NCBI GenBank assembly: GCA_046757145.1
Contig: JBHHXS010000001.1
Span: 1-35,242, forward strand
Direction of reading: 5' to 3'
DNA: 35,242 nt
From: Phycisphaerae bacterium
GTDB taxonomy: Bacteria > Planctomycetota > Phycisphaerae > UBA1845
Positions 1-8,395 of the stretch are shown here, in pieces. Positions within the stretch are counted from its first letter, which is position 1, and the number at the start of each line of letters is the position of its first letter. The position numbers were made by a program, and so were the translations under genes. The notes under the pieces were generated by a model that was not told the DNA's origin, did not search any database, and saw nothing but the letters and a program-made list of their open reading frames with translations.

Positions 1-453
1 GGCGACCGCATGTGCCTCGAGGCGATCTGGGGCTTCAACGTCGAGACGCTGTCGGGAGTCTGGCTGGCGGCATCGCATTTCGACGCAGAGTGGTACGACG
101 AGACACACCTCGCTATCTCCGGGGCAAACGCCAACGCCGTGACCTTGCTCGATACAGCCAGCTCCGACCCGTTACATCCCACTAACCCGGTAATCATCGA
201 GGACACCGGTTTCGCCGGGGGCGTTACGTTCGATTCGATGGCCAATCTGTACACTGGCAACGGATACGGCAACGGGCCCGTCTACACCGGAGAATTGCGG
301 GCGTTCGAGCATGGGCGTTGGACCGGCGTACTCAGCGGCGGCGCCCCGCTCGACTTCCTCACGGACGGGACGCTCATCGTGGATATTCTCTCCGCTGCCT
401 CCCTGGGGTTTGACAGCGAGGGCAACATGCACGTTGGCGGCGGAGATTTCCTT
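1..453 (+). CDS. 5'-truncated secreted repeat protein, upstream (frame 1) part; appears to continue in frame 3 as 510..1604
   Basis: Frame 1 is open from base 1 and protein-like (…TGNGYGNGPVYTGELRAFEHGRW…DSEGNMHVGGGDF) up to ~450. Beyond that it becomes Arg/Ser/Cys/Trp-rich junk, while frame 3 becomes protein-like. The end coordinate is approximate. Confidence 0.5.
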
Positions 454-509
454 CGGGTACCGACATCGATTTCGCCGCACTCGTTCGGGCGTCTGCCGTC
501 GGTCGCGCA

Positions 510-1604
510 TTGGCAGGTCTCGGGCCGGCGGACCCAGTTGATCCGCACTTCGTGCGCAGGATCGATCCGGACCCCGACAATGATTCCAACTCATACTCCG
601 TCACCTACAGTGTCGCAGCAAACGAGCTTTATCTGCGCAGTTTCGGGGATGACGTCGTGTACACGTACGCCGCGGCATCAACCGGCGGCGACCCCTGGGC
701 AGATGCGGTGGTGGACGCTCATCCGACGCTGGACGGCGCGGGACTGTACACCGATCCGCAGAGTGTGTTGGGTATGCCGACCACGACCTTCTACGATCCT
801 CTCGTGTCGGAACAGTTCCACGTGTCCCTCGTGGCGGCTCCGTTCAATCTGGATTCCCCCAATGGGCAGAAGGTGGTCACAACGATCAACTCCGGGCAGT
901 TTATAAAAGTCCGGTTTGATGAGCCCGTGCAGGACGATCCACGGAATCCATTCGGAATCGACCTCATCGTCTTCGGCAACTCGTTCTTCATTGGAAACGG
1001 ATTCCCCGGGCCGACGACGGACATGGCGGCGCATATCCTGACAGGCGATGTCTTCTCGGAGTCGGTGACGGTTGCCGTGAGCCCTACAGGCCTGGGTACT
1101 CCCCAGAGCCACCCGGACCATTGGTACGTCTACACGAACGGACCGTTCGCAGACGCTCTCTATCCAAGCAACGCGTACGAGTGGGATCGGCAGCTTAACG
1201 ATTGGGACAGCCAACTGGATTTCGCCACACCGGTGGATCCGTCGCTGGCAGTCGAGGAGTTCGCAGGAGGATCGGTAGCCGACGGCATTGACTTGTATGA
1301 GTGCTCCGGCGGCGGGACGGGGTTCGACCTGGCGGAGAGCGGGTTCTCGTCGATCAGCTACGTATACCTCACCGGTGTCGGCGGGGAGGTGGATGCGCTC
1401 TCGGACGTGTTCCCGTCGTTGGGTGATTTCGACCGGGACGGAGACGTTGACCTGCGCGATGTCGCGAGCTTCCAGAATTGCTTTCATGCAGGGTTCACGG
1501 GGCTGGAGACATGTGCATGTCGCAGTGGCGACTTCGATGGCAACCGCGTCGTCGACCTCGAGGACTACGCCGCCGTCGCATCGTTCTTTGAAGGCCCCTC
1601 GTAG
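510..1604 (+). CDS. secreted protein with two C-terminal dockerin/EF-hand-like Ca-binding repeats (probably the downstream part of a frameshifted longer gene)
   Basis: 364-aa ORF with normal composition. C-terminus carries DFDRDGDVDLRDVASFQNCF and GDFDGNRVVDLEDYAAVASFF (dockerin type I-like pair, ~1423-1590). There is no signal peptide at the TTG 510 start, and frame 3 is already open from 414. Confidence 0.7.
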   Translation: MAGLGPADPVDPHFVRRIDPDPDNDSNSYSVTYSVAANELYLRSFGDDVVYTYAAASTGGDPWADAVVDAHPTLDGAGLYTDPQSVLGMPTTTFYDPLVSEQFHVSLVAAPFNLDSPNGQKVVTTINSGQFIKVRFDEPVQDDPRNPFGIDLIVFGNSFFIGNGFPGPTTDMAAHILTGDVFSESVTVAVSPTGLGTPQSHPDHWYVYTNGPFADALYPSNAYEWDRQLNDWDSQLDFATPVDPSLAVEEFAGGSVADGIDLYECSGGGTGFDLAESGFSSISYVYLTGVGGEVDALSDVFPSLGDFDRDGDVDLRDVASFQNCFHAGFTGLETCACRSGDFDGNRVVDLEDYAAVASFFEGPS

Positions 1605-1626
1605 GAGTCCAAGGAGCACGAGTGAA

Positions 1627-2382
1627 GTGCGGAGTCATTACCCGGCAGTTACTCTGTTGGAAGTGATTGTAGTGGTGGGGATCATGGCGGCCCTGACAGC
1701 CATGCTCGTGCCGTCCCTGCGCACTGCTCGTGCGCAGGCCAGTTCCACCGTGTGCCTGTCGAATGAACGGCAGATCGCCTTTGCTATCTTAAGTTACACC
1801 GATGACTATGGGGGGGTTTTCCCCGTAGCGCAGTACTTTGACGCTGCCAACTCCGCTTTCGTCGCGTGGGACACCATTACCTATTCGGCTGAGCCTCACA
1901 CGGCGCACCCGGGTCTCGTATGGGAATACGCAAGCGGGAACTCGGTGCAGCAATGCCCGGCGTACACCGGTCCGAGTATGACGACAGGCGATCCGTACAC
2001 CGGCTACAACTACAACACGACGTACATCGGCAGAGGGCAGAACGAAGGGGCCTACGGCACGATGACGGAGGCCCCGGCACTGCTGGGACAGGTTCGTTTT
2101 GCCGCCAGAGCTGCGCTGGTGGGTGATGGGGGGTGGGCCTTTGGCGCTAACAAGTTCATGCGCGCCCCGCTCGACGGTGGCGCCAGTGAGGCGACGGTCC
2201 ATGCCGGCGCACAGGCGTATCGCCACCGGGATCAGACGAATGTTGTGTACATAGACGGCCACGGCGCTTCTACGGGGCGCAGATTCAGAAAACCGGATGC
2301 GAGTCCACGCAGCGAAGCTCTGTTGGGGTGGCCGAGGAACGGCTTCCTGTCCGAGGACGACAGTGCATACGCTTATCGCTGA
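1627..2382 (+). CDS. DUF1559 / H-X9-DG protein with prepilin-type N-terminal cleavage/methylation helix
   Basis: GTG 1627 is preceded by AAGGAG (1611-1616). Pilin-like N-terminal helix AVTLLEVIVVVGIMAAL. DUF1559-like CLSNERQIAFAILSYTDDYGGVFP. C-terminal H-x9-DG (HRDQTNVVYIDG). The ORF-track start at 1288 overlaps the previous gene and is rejected. Confidence 0.85.
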   Translation: MRSHYPAVTLLEVIVVVGIMAALTAMLVPSLRTARAQASSTVCLSNERQIAFAILSYTDDYGGVFPVAQYFDAANSAFVAWDTITYSAEPHTAHPGLVWEYASGNSVQQCPAYTGPSMTTGDPYTGYNYNTTYIGRGQNEGAYGTMTEAPALLGQVRFAARAALVGDGGWAFGANKFMRAPLDGGASEATVHAGAQAYRHRDQTNVVYIDGHGASTGRRFRKPDASPRSEALLGWPRNGFLSEDDSAYAYR

Positions 2383-2397
2383 AACACGATTCAGGCA

Positions 2398-3507
2398 TCA
2401 ACAGTCGGTCGACGGTGCGGACCCGCGCAGGGATATCAGAGTGGTGGAAGTGGGCGAACACTCAAGGCAGGCGATCGAGTCTGTGTCGGACAGTTCGCCC
2501 CCGCCAACGAGCAGACGGCATGGCAAGTCTATCCGGCTCTCCCGCGTCGGATAGAGCCGCCCGTCATGCAGGGAGACGCCCGCAACGGCCAGGTCGAAGG
2601 CCAGACCTAGCGGCATGGAGCCGTAGAGCGGCGAGTAGCACGCAACGGCAGCGCTGGCCAGATCGGCCTTCCGATAGGTCCGCGCGCAGCCGCTGCCCCC
2701 ATGGGCGCATAGGAACACGGCTCGATGCGACGCCAGGTTGCCGGCGTCCAGTTGCGAGGGGCAGTCGACGCAAGTTATTTCTCGAATCCTGCCGTACCTG
2801 CCGCCTGCTGTCGGGTTGCCTAGCAGGAAGACGACGAACCCCTCGCCTGGCGAACAAGGGCGGCGATCGACGCACCGGGCGTCGATCGTCGATGATGGAC
2901 CCGTGCTGAGTCGGTGGATAGCATAACCTAGAACCGGGCAGTACTCGTCACCCATACCCGCGAGCACATAGTCGACCCTTCCTTCCGCCAGCCACAGCTC
3001 AGCCGTACGCAGTACCTCCGCCGTGGTGCGCTCGAACGTGGTGAGCGTGACCGACGGCCCAGTGATCTGCATTAGGATTGAGACCGTGGAGGCCGGCGCG
3101 CCGTGTACTGAGTTAGCGAACAGCGTTGGTGACGCGCCCTGGTCACCCTCGTCGATGATCGTGTCTTGATAATGGAAAGTCGTCTGCAAGGGCCCGTACG
3201 CGGTGCCGAACGCGATCCCGACGCGGCTCTTGTCCTCGAGCGTCAATCCTGAGTTCTCGACCGCGAGGAATGACGAGAGTAAAGCCATTCGCGTGAGGTT
3301 ATCGGTGCGGCGAAGCGCCCGGGACGGGATGAAGCGCTCGAGCCCTTCAAGGGTGGGCTTGTGCACCGCAAGCTTGCATTCAGGGGATACGCTCGGCACA
3401 GAGGCGTGAACGACGTGGGGCGACGTTGAACCGTCAAGAGCCGCCCTGAGTGAGTCGACCCCGCAGCCCGTACTAGAGACCATACCAATCCCCAGTATAC
3501 AGCTCAT
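2398..3507 (-). CDS. ketosynthase-like protein lacking the active-site Cys (chain-length-factor / KS-beta type partner)
   Basis: Thiolase-fold KS-like sequence (ILGIGMVSSTG…, ASPTLFANSVHGAPASTVSILMQITGPSV). The position of the nucleophile reads TLTTFERTTAE instead of ACxSG. Lies 9 nt downstream of the KS at 3517. Confidence 0.8.
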   Translation of the reverse strand: MSCILGIGMVSSTGCGVDSLRAALDGSTSPHVVHASVPSVSPECKLAVHKPTLEGLERFIPSRALRRTDNLTRMALLSSFLAVENSGLTLEDKSRVGIAFGTAYGPLQTTFHYQDTIIDEGDQGASPTLFANSVHGAPASTVSILMQITGPSVTLTTFERTTAEVLRTAELWLAEGRVDYVLAGMGDEYCPVLGYAIHRLSTGPSSTIDARCVDRRPCSPGEGFVVFLLGNPTAGGRYGRIREITCVDCPSQLDAGNLASHRAVFLCAHGGSGCARTYRKADLASAAVACYSPLYGSMPLGLAFDLAVAGVSLHDGRLYPTRESRIDLPCRLLVGGGELSDTDSIACLECSPTSTTLISLRGSAPSTDC

Positions 3508-3516
3508 GCTCCGCGT

Positions 3517-4710
3517 CTACCTCTGAAACACAAGGACTGCGTTGTTGCCGCCGAAAGCCAGCGAAGTCGATATCGCAACATCCGTTCGGATGCTCGTGTT
3601 CTCCCGCGTCGGGCGAATAGCCACGTCGGCATCCTCCTCGTCAAATCCAGGCGTGGCCGGCAGGCGCTCATCATGCAACGCCTGGAGAGTGAGGATAGCC
3701 TCCAATCCCCCCGCGGCGCCGAGCGTATGTCCTGTGTACGCCTTGGTGGCAACGGCTGGGATGGACTCGGTGAAGAGTTGAGCGAGTACTCGCCCCTCCA
3801 CGCGATCGTTGTCCGGAGTAGCGGTTCCATGGGTGTTGACGAAGCCTACGCGGTCGTGGTCAAGTCCAGCCGTGCGCAGGGCATGTTGGATGGCGCGTTT
3901 CAAACCCAGGCCGTTCGGATGGGGTGCGGTCGTATGATACGCGTCTGCGAAGCTGCCATATCCCGCCACCAGCGCCAGCGCGCACACTCCTCTTTTCTTC
4001 GCGACACTGTCCCGCTCCAAAATGACCACTCCGGCCCCCTCCCCGAGATTCAATCCTTGCCTGTTCTTGTCGAAGGGCCTGCACGGGTGCCGCGAGCTGA
4101 TCAAGAGTTGGATAAACCCCAGATAGGGGATACGGGAAAGCTCGTCGCACCCGCCAGCAAGAGCGATGTCACACTGGCCCTGTTCCACCCAAGCCTTTGC
4201 CAGCCCGATCGCGTCCGTTCCGGAGGAGCATGCATTGGCCACCGTGGCTGCGGGGCCGGACAGGCCGAATGTTGCAGCAAGAAACTTGGCCGGATTGCTG
4301 TCGAGATAACGCTGCACCGGATGCACATCCGGCCTCTGGCCACGCCTGAACTGTCGATAAAACGGCTCGTCGTTGAGCGTGCATCCTACTGTCGTGCCCA
4401 TGCACACGCCCACCCGCAGCGAGCGTAGGGTCTTAAGGTCAAGCTTCGCGTGCGACAACGCTTCCTCAGCCGCTATCAGCGAGAGCTGCGCGGTGCGAGA
4501 GGGTTGGGCTTCCGCCCGCGACTTATACAACGCATCCAGCGGTTCGAGCACTTCAAAGACCGGATAGTCGTCTGTCAGATCAGCGGCGATATTCCGGGGC
4601 GGGCCCGGACGGCGCTCACCCGCATAGAGCGAGCGCATAACCCGCCTGACCGAACTCCCCGCGGCGCATATGGCGCCAAGACCTGTTACAACCGCCCTCG
4701 CTGACTTCAC
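3517..4710 (-). CDS. beta-ketoacyl-ACP synthase II-like ketosynthase (KS-D)
   Basis: Cys-His-His motifs VANACSSGTDAIG, VNTHGTATPDND and YTGHTLGAAGGLEA. Start set at GTG 4710, giving the canonical N-terminus MKSARAVVTGLGAI. ATG 4761 is an alternative but overlaps the upstream gene by 26 nt. ORF-track start 4833 is rejected. Confidence 0.9.
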   Translation of the reverse strand: MKSARAVVTGLGAICAAGSSVRRVMRSLYAGERRPGPPRNIAADLTDDYPVFEVLEPLDALYKSRAEAQPSRTAQLSLIAAEEALSHAKLDLKTLRSLRVGVCMGTTVGCTLNDEPFYRQFRRGQRPDVHPVQRYLDSNPAKFLAATFGLSGPAATVANACSSGTDAIGLAKAWVEQGQCDIALAGGCDELSRIPYLGFIQLLISSRHPCRPFDKNRQGLNLGEGAGVVILERDSVAKKRGVCALALVAGYGSFADAYHTTAPHPNGLGLKRAIQHALRTAGLDHDRVGFVNTHGTATPDNDRVEGRVLAQLFTESIPAVATKAYTGHTLGAAGGLEAILTLQALHDERLPATPGFDEEDADVAIRPTRENTSIRTDVAISTSLAFGGNNAVLVFQR

Positions 4711-4735
4711 CGGTCGCCCCAACGCCAACAGGTCG

Positions 4736-5659
4736 TCAGCCTGCCTGCGACTTCTCGCCATCGTCCCAGAAATCGAAGAAATTAAACCACATAAGCGGAT
4801 TCCTCTCCAGGTACTCCTCGAGACATTTGACATAGCGCTGCAGGAGCAGGTCTATGGCTTCCTCGCGGGGCATTGACCGGAAGTCCTGGTCTTGTGTGAT
4901 ACGGACATGCTCGATCCGGTACGCGCACCTTCCGGTACGAACCGTCAGCAGCACGCCGACATCGGCACCGGTGAGCAGGGCCAGGTGATACGGCGTTATG
5001 GGGAAGTCCGCCTCGTCTCCAAGAAAGGGCACACGCCTCGTCCTGCCCCCCCAGGCTCGATCCCCCATGACGGCTGCGCACTCGCCGGCGTTGAGGGCGT
5101 TGGTCATTTCAACCATACCACCAAGGAAGCCGTCAGGTGAGATGATGTTGAAGCGCTTCCGGTTCCCCGCCAAGTCAAAGAAATGCCGCCCGGTCGTGTG
5201 CGGTTCAAGTCGAAGATGGAAGTGCACCGGTACGTTCAGCGCGTCCATGCTTGCCATCGATGTCTGCCACGCCCCTGCATGGGTGGTAAGCAGAACGATG
5301 CCGGAGCGCGCCCGGGCGGACTCGTACAACTGCCCAGCGCCGGGAAACTCCACTTTGAAAGCGTCAGCGCCCAGCACCCCCATCGCTGCCTGGTCTATAA
5401 GAACCTGTCCGAACGCATAGAAATACTTGACCGTCGCGGCCAATCGTTGGACCGGTGACAAGTCCGGGAATCTGTGGCGGAGGTAAGGAGCTGCCGACCG
5501 CCGCGCGCTGGGACGAAACACCACGTAGTACGGGATTATCAGCATGAGCATGACGTAAGCAGGCACAACGCCGAAGCGCTGGATACACCAGTGGAAGATG
5601 GCATGGCCCAGACGATTACCATAGCGGGGCGAGGCGCGCGGTTGGCCCCTCTTACCCAT
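4736..5659 (-). CDS. LpxL/HtrB-superfamily (lipid A biosynthesis-type / lysophospholipid) acyltransferase
   Basis: N-terminal TM helix (VVPAYVMLMLIIPYYVVF), then an LpxL-like core with IVLLTTHAGAWQ at the usual H-x4-(D/E) position (here H-x4-Q). Start overlaps the upstream GT gene by 8 nt. Same architecture as the acyltransferase of aryl-polyene clusters (from memory). Confidence 0.75.
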   Translation of the reverse strand: MGKRGQPRASPRYGNRLGHAIFHWCIQRFGVVPAYVMLMLIIPYYVVFRPSARRSAAPYLRHRFPDLSPVQRLAATVKYFYAFGQVLIDQAAMGVLGADAFKVEFPGAGQLYESARARSGIVLLTTHAGAWQTSMASMDALNVPVHFHLRLEPHTTGRHFFDLAGNRKRFNIISPDGFLGGMVEMTNALNAGECAAVMGDRAWGGRTRRVPFLGDEADFPITPYHLALLTGADVGVLLTVRTGRCAYRIEHVRITQDQDFRSMPREEAIDLLLQRYVKCLEEYLERNPLMWFNFFDFWDDGEKSQAG

Positions 5660-6959
5660 CGGACGTCGTCCCTCGTCCCGAGCGGGCTTTCCTATAGGTC
5701 AACGCGAGCAGATAGACGCATCCGCCCGCACAAAGCGCGAGCACGGGTGCAAGGATAGACGAGCCGATCAGGTAATCGAGCAGCCTCTGGTGAATCTCGC
5801 GGGCTAGCGTCTGCACGCTGAACTCCGTCAGCCAACGCCCGTGGCGCACGAAGAAGCCGAGCTCGATTGCCAGGGCAGGAACGAGAGGCGGGGCGCAGAG
5901 GTGACTGACGTTGAGTGCCAGCAGCCGATTCAACCGCAAGCGAGTCGCGCAGAATATTATGGCTATGCTGTGGCAGGCGATAAGGGGCAGCGTCCCCAGA
6001 AAGATGCCCAGTGCAGCGGCGGCGGCTAGCTGAGACGGAGAGGACCGTTCGCGCAGCAGCGTGTGCAGCGAACGCAGGGGTCGCTGAAATGAGAATCCCT
6101 CGCCTTTCGCGCGCCACTTCTCCCGGTCGGGGTTGATCTGCCACAATCCAGGCCGCATCGTCTCGGGCCAGAGCACCCTGTGGGGCCAGGGTATGAGATT
6201 CCGGACGACCAGCCGTGTATATGTCCGCGCGGTACGTATGTTGTCCCACCACATGTCGAAGTGAGAGTTGCGCACAGCATCGGCGTCGTAGCGCGCGCTT
6301 ATGTCCACCCAGTCCAGGCTGGCGCCTGACCATGCGCTGCGAACCAGGATCTCGACCTCAAAGTCGTACCGGCGTGCCCGACACTTCATGCGGCGGAGAA
6401 TCTCCACCGGGTACGCCCGGAAACCCGACTGAGTGTCCGGGTGACTGACACCGCACGCTATTCTGGTCCAGAAGTTGGAGAATGCGCGCCCGAACCGGCT
6501 TGAGCGCGGCACCTCGGCGCCCGATAGATCCCTTCTGCCAACGATCAACGCTTGCGGGTTAAGCCTGATTCTCTCCAGGAACTTGGGCGTCTCTCCCGGA
6601 TCATGCTGCCCGTCACCGTCAAGCGTTATGAGGTGAGTGAAAGAATGGTCGTACGCCCAGCGGCCGGCGGCGACGATCGCCGCACCCTTGCCTTGATTCT
6701 CGGAGTAATCGATACGCTCGACACCCAGGCCTGCGAGTTCGGCCGGACCACCGTCAGTGCTCCCGTCATTGACCACCAGTACCGGGAGTCCGAGTTGCAG
6801 GGCCCGCTCGGCTACCTGACGCAACGTGCCTTTGTTGTTGAACGTCGGTATTGCGATCAGCACCCTGATGCCGTCAGCATCTTCAGGGCGTAGTCGAGCC
6901 TCCTGCTCACTCCGCTTGTGCGGTATGGTGGTACATGGAGTTCCAAAGCACGCGGTCAT
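5652..6959 (-). CDS. family 2 glycosyltransferase fused to a C-terminal DUF2062 membrane domain
   Basis: GT2 motifs IAIPTFNNKGTL, VVNDGSTDG and LITLDGDGQHDP. C-terminal polytopic DUF2062-like region (AAAALGIFLGTLPLIACHSIAIIF…). Start set at ATG 6959, which forms an ATGA overlap with the upstream rSAM stop (6956-6959). ORF-track start 7043 is rejected. Confidence 0.85.
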   Translation of the reverse strand: MTACFGTPCTTIPHKRSEQEARLRPEDADGIRVLIAIPTFNNKGTLRQVAERALQLGLPVLVVNDGSTDGGPAELAGLGVERIDYSENQGKGAAIVAAGRWAYDHSFTHLITLDGDGQHDPGETPKFLERIRLNPQALIVGRRDLSGAEVPRSSRFGRAFSNFWTRIACGVSHPDTQSGFRAYPVEILRRMKCRARRYDFEVEILVRSAWSGASLDWVDISARYDADAVRNSHFDMWWDNIRTARTYTRLVVRNLIPWPHRVLWPETMRPGLWQINPDREKWRAKGEGFSFQRPLRSLHTLLRERSSPSQLAAAAALGIFLGTLPLIACHSIAIIFCATRLRLNRLLALNVSHLCAPPLVPALAIELGFFVRHGRWLTEFSVQTLAREIHQRLLDYLIGSSILAPVLALCAGGCVYLLALTYRKARSGRGTTSDG

Positions 6960-8395
6960 GTGGCCCGCCTGAACGCTTTTCTTATACTGAGAAAATCCCT
7001 CAGATTCAGCAGGAAGCGAATCCAACTGCTCGGCGAATGCCACACCATCGTCGCATAGCGCAGCAGCACGGAGGGGCGCTTGAAATACCGGCGGTAGAAC
7101 TCCCGGTAACGCTCCTCGAGGCGTTCAAGCGTCAGCCCCACAGGCGCAAAGATAAAATTAAGGCAGTTCATCAATTCCCAGTTCTCGCAGAACTCCCCAT
7201 GGCGCTCCAGGTCGGCGTACACAGGCGACCCGGGGAAAGGAGTGAACTTGGCCAGGTTGAATTCGTCAAGGGGCAGGCTCAGTACGTACTCGATGCTGCG
7301 GTCGATCGTCTCCTCCGTTTCACCGGGTAGGCCGAGCATGAAAAGCCCCTTCGCCCGGATCCCCACATCTTTTATCCACCCGATGCGTTCACGGATCATA
7401 CCAAGGTCGGCCCCTGACCGGTGTCTCGCCAACAAATCGGGATCGCCGGTCTCCACACCCAGGCTCATCATCCAGCATCCTGCCCGCTTCATGAGGCGCA
7501 GCAAGTCACGATCGATATGTTCGGCACGGGCTGCGCAATTGAATGTCATCTTCATCCGGGAACGCAGCAGACTTTCGCAAAACGCGACCACGCGCCGCCG
7601 GTCGAGCGTAAACAAATCGTCGTACAGATTGACATGGCGGATGCCGAACGCCTCGCGCAGGTGACGAAACAGGTTCAGCATGTACTCCGCGGAATTGTAG
7701 CGGAAGGAGCGCCGAAAAACCGAGCGATCGCAGTAGGAGCATCGGTAGGGGCACCCGCGGCTTGTGACCGCTGTCGTACCCGGGGCCGTGGGGTAGTTGA
7801 AAATAGGGAGCGGATAGGCTCTGGGGAATCCATCGAGCTTGCTGTACGCGGGGAACGGCAGGTCGTCCAGATTCAGCGACGACGTGCGCAGACCGGTGAA
7901 CTCCACCTTCTCGCCCTCTCGCCGGAGCAGCCCCGGCACATCTTCGAGACCCTCGCCATTCCGCTCAAGGATCGCCAGGAGCGCCTCTTCTCCCTCGCCC
8001 ACGACACCATAATCGATCACGGGGTACTCGTGGAGGAGGCGCTCGCGCAGGCCGGATATGTGCACCCCGCCGAAGATCGTTCGAACGTGCGGGTAAGCCG
8101 CTTTGATGTTGGCGGCAATGCGTACAGCGTCGAGAAAGCTCGACGTCGTCGTGCTGAAGCCCACGTAGTCGGGACGCTCCGTGCGCAAGTATCGGTTGAT
8201 TCTGCCATCGCGCCCCGGGTGCGCATAGCAATCATGGATGACGGCGCGATGTCCGTGGCGTTCAACCCACGATGCCAAGCTGCACAAACCGATGGGCGGC
8301 ATGATGTTCGCGATGCGCGACATGTCCTTTTCGCCCGGCATCCAGTTGACGCCCAGCGGGTGAATTAGCAGTATGTTTTTCTTCTTCACGATCAC
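6956..8395 (-). CDS. B12-binding domain radical SAM enzyme (rSAM-1)
   Basis: N-terminal Rossmann-like B12-binding region (KNILLIHPLG…PPIGLCSLASWVERHGH). CX3CX2C cluster motif TSRGCPYRCSYCDRS. GTG start overlaps the previous stop (GTGA, 8392-8395). Confidence 0.9.
   Translation of the reverse strand: MIVKKKNILLIHPLGVNWMPGEKDMSRIANIMPPIGLCSLASWVERHGHRAVIHDCYAHPGRDGRINRYLRTERPDYVGFSTTTSSFLDAVRIAANIKAAYPHVRTIFGGVHISGLRERLLHEYPVIDYGVVGEGEEALLAILERNGEGLEDVPGLLRREGEKVEFTGLRTSSLNLDDLPFPAYSKLDGFPRAYPLPIFNYPTAPGTTAVTSRGCPYRCSYCDRSVFRRSFRYNSAEYMLNLFRHLREAFGIRHVNLYDDLFTLDRRRVVAFCESLLRSRMKMTFNCAARAEHIDRDLLRLMKRAGCWMMSLGVETGDPDLLARHRSGADLGMIRERIGWIKDVGIRAKGLFMLGLPGETEETIDRSIEYVLSLPLDEFNLAKFTPFPGSPVYADLERHGEFCENWELMNCLNFIFAPVGLTLERLEERYREFYRRYFKRPSVLLRYATMVWHSPSSWIRFLLNLRDFLSIRKAFRRAT

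Noticed and set aside
454-906. Downstream half of ORF 10..906 (frame 1)
   Set aside because: Composition collapses to Arg/Ser/Thr/Cys/Trp-rich sequence after ~450, while the overlapping frame 3 is protein-like. It is treated as a read-through artefact of a frameshift.
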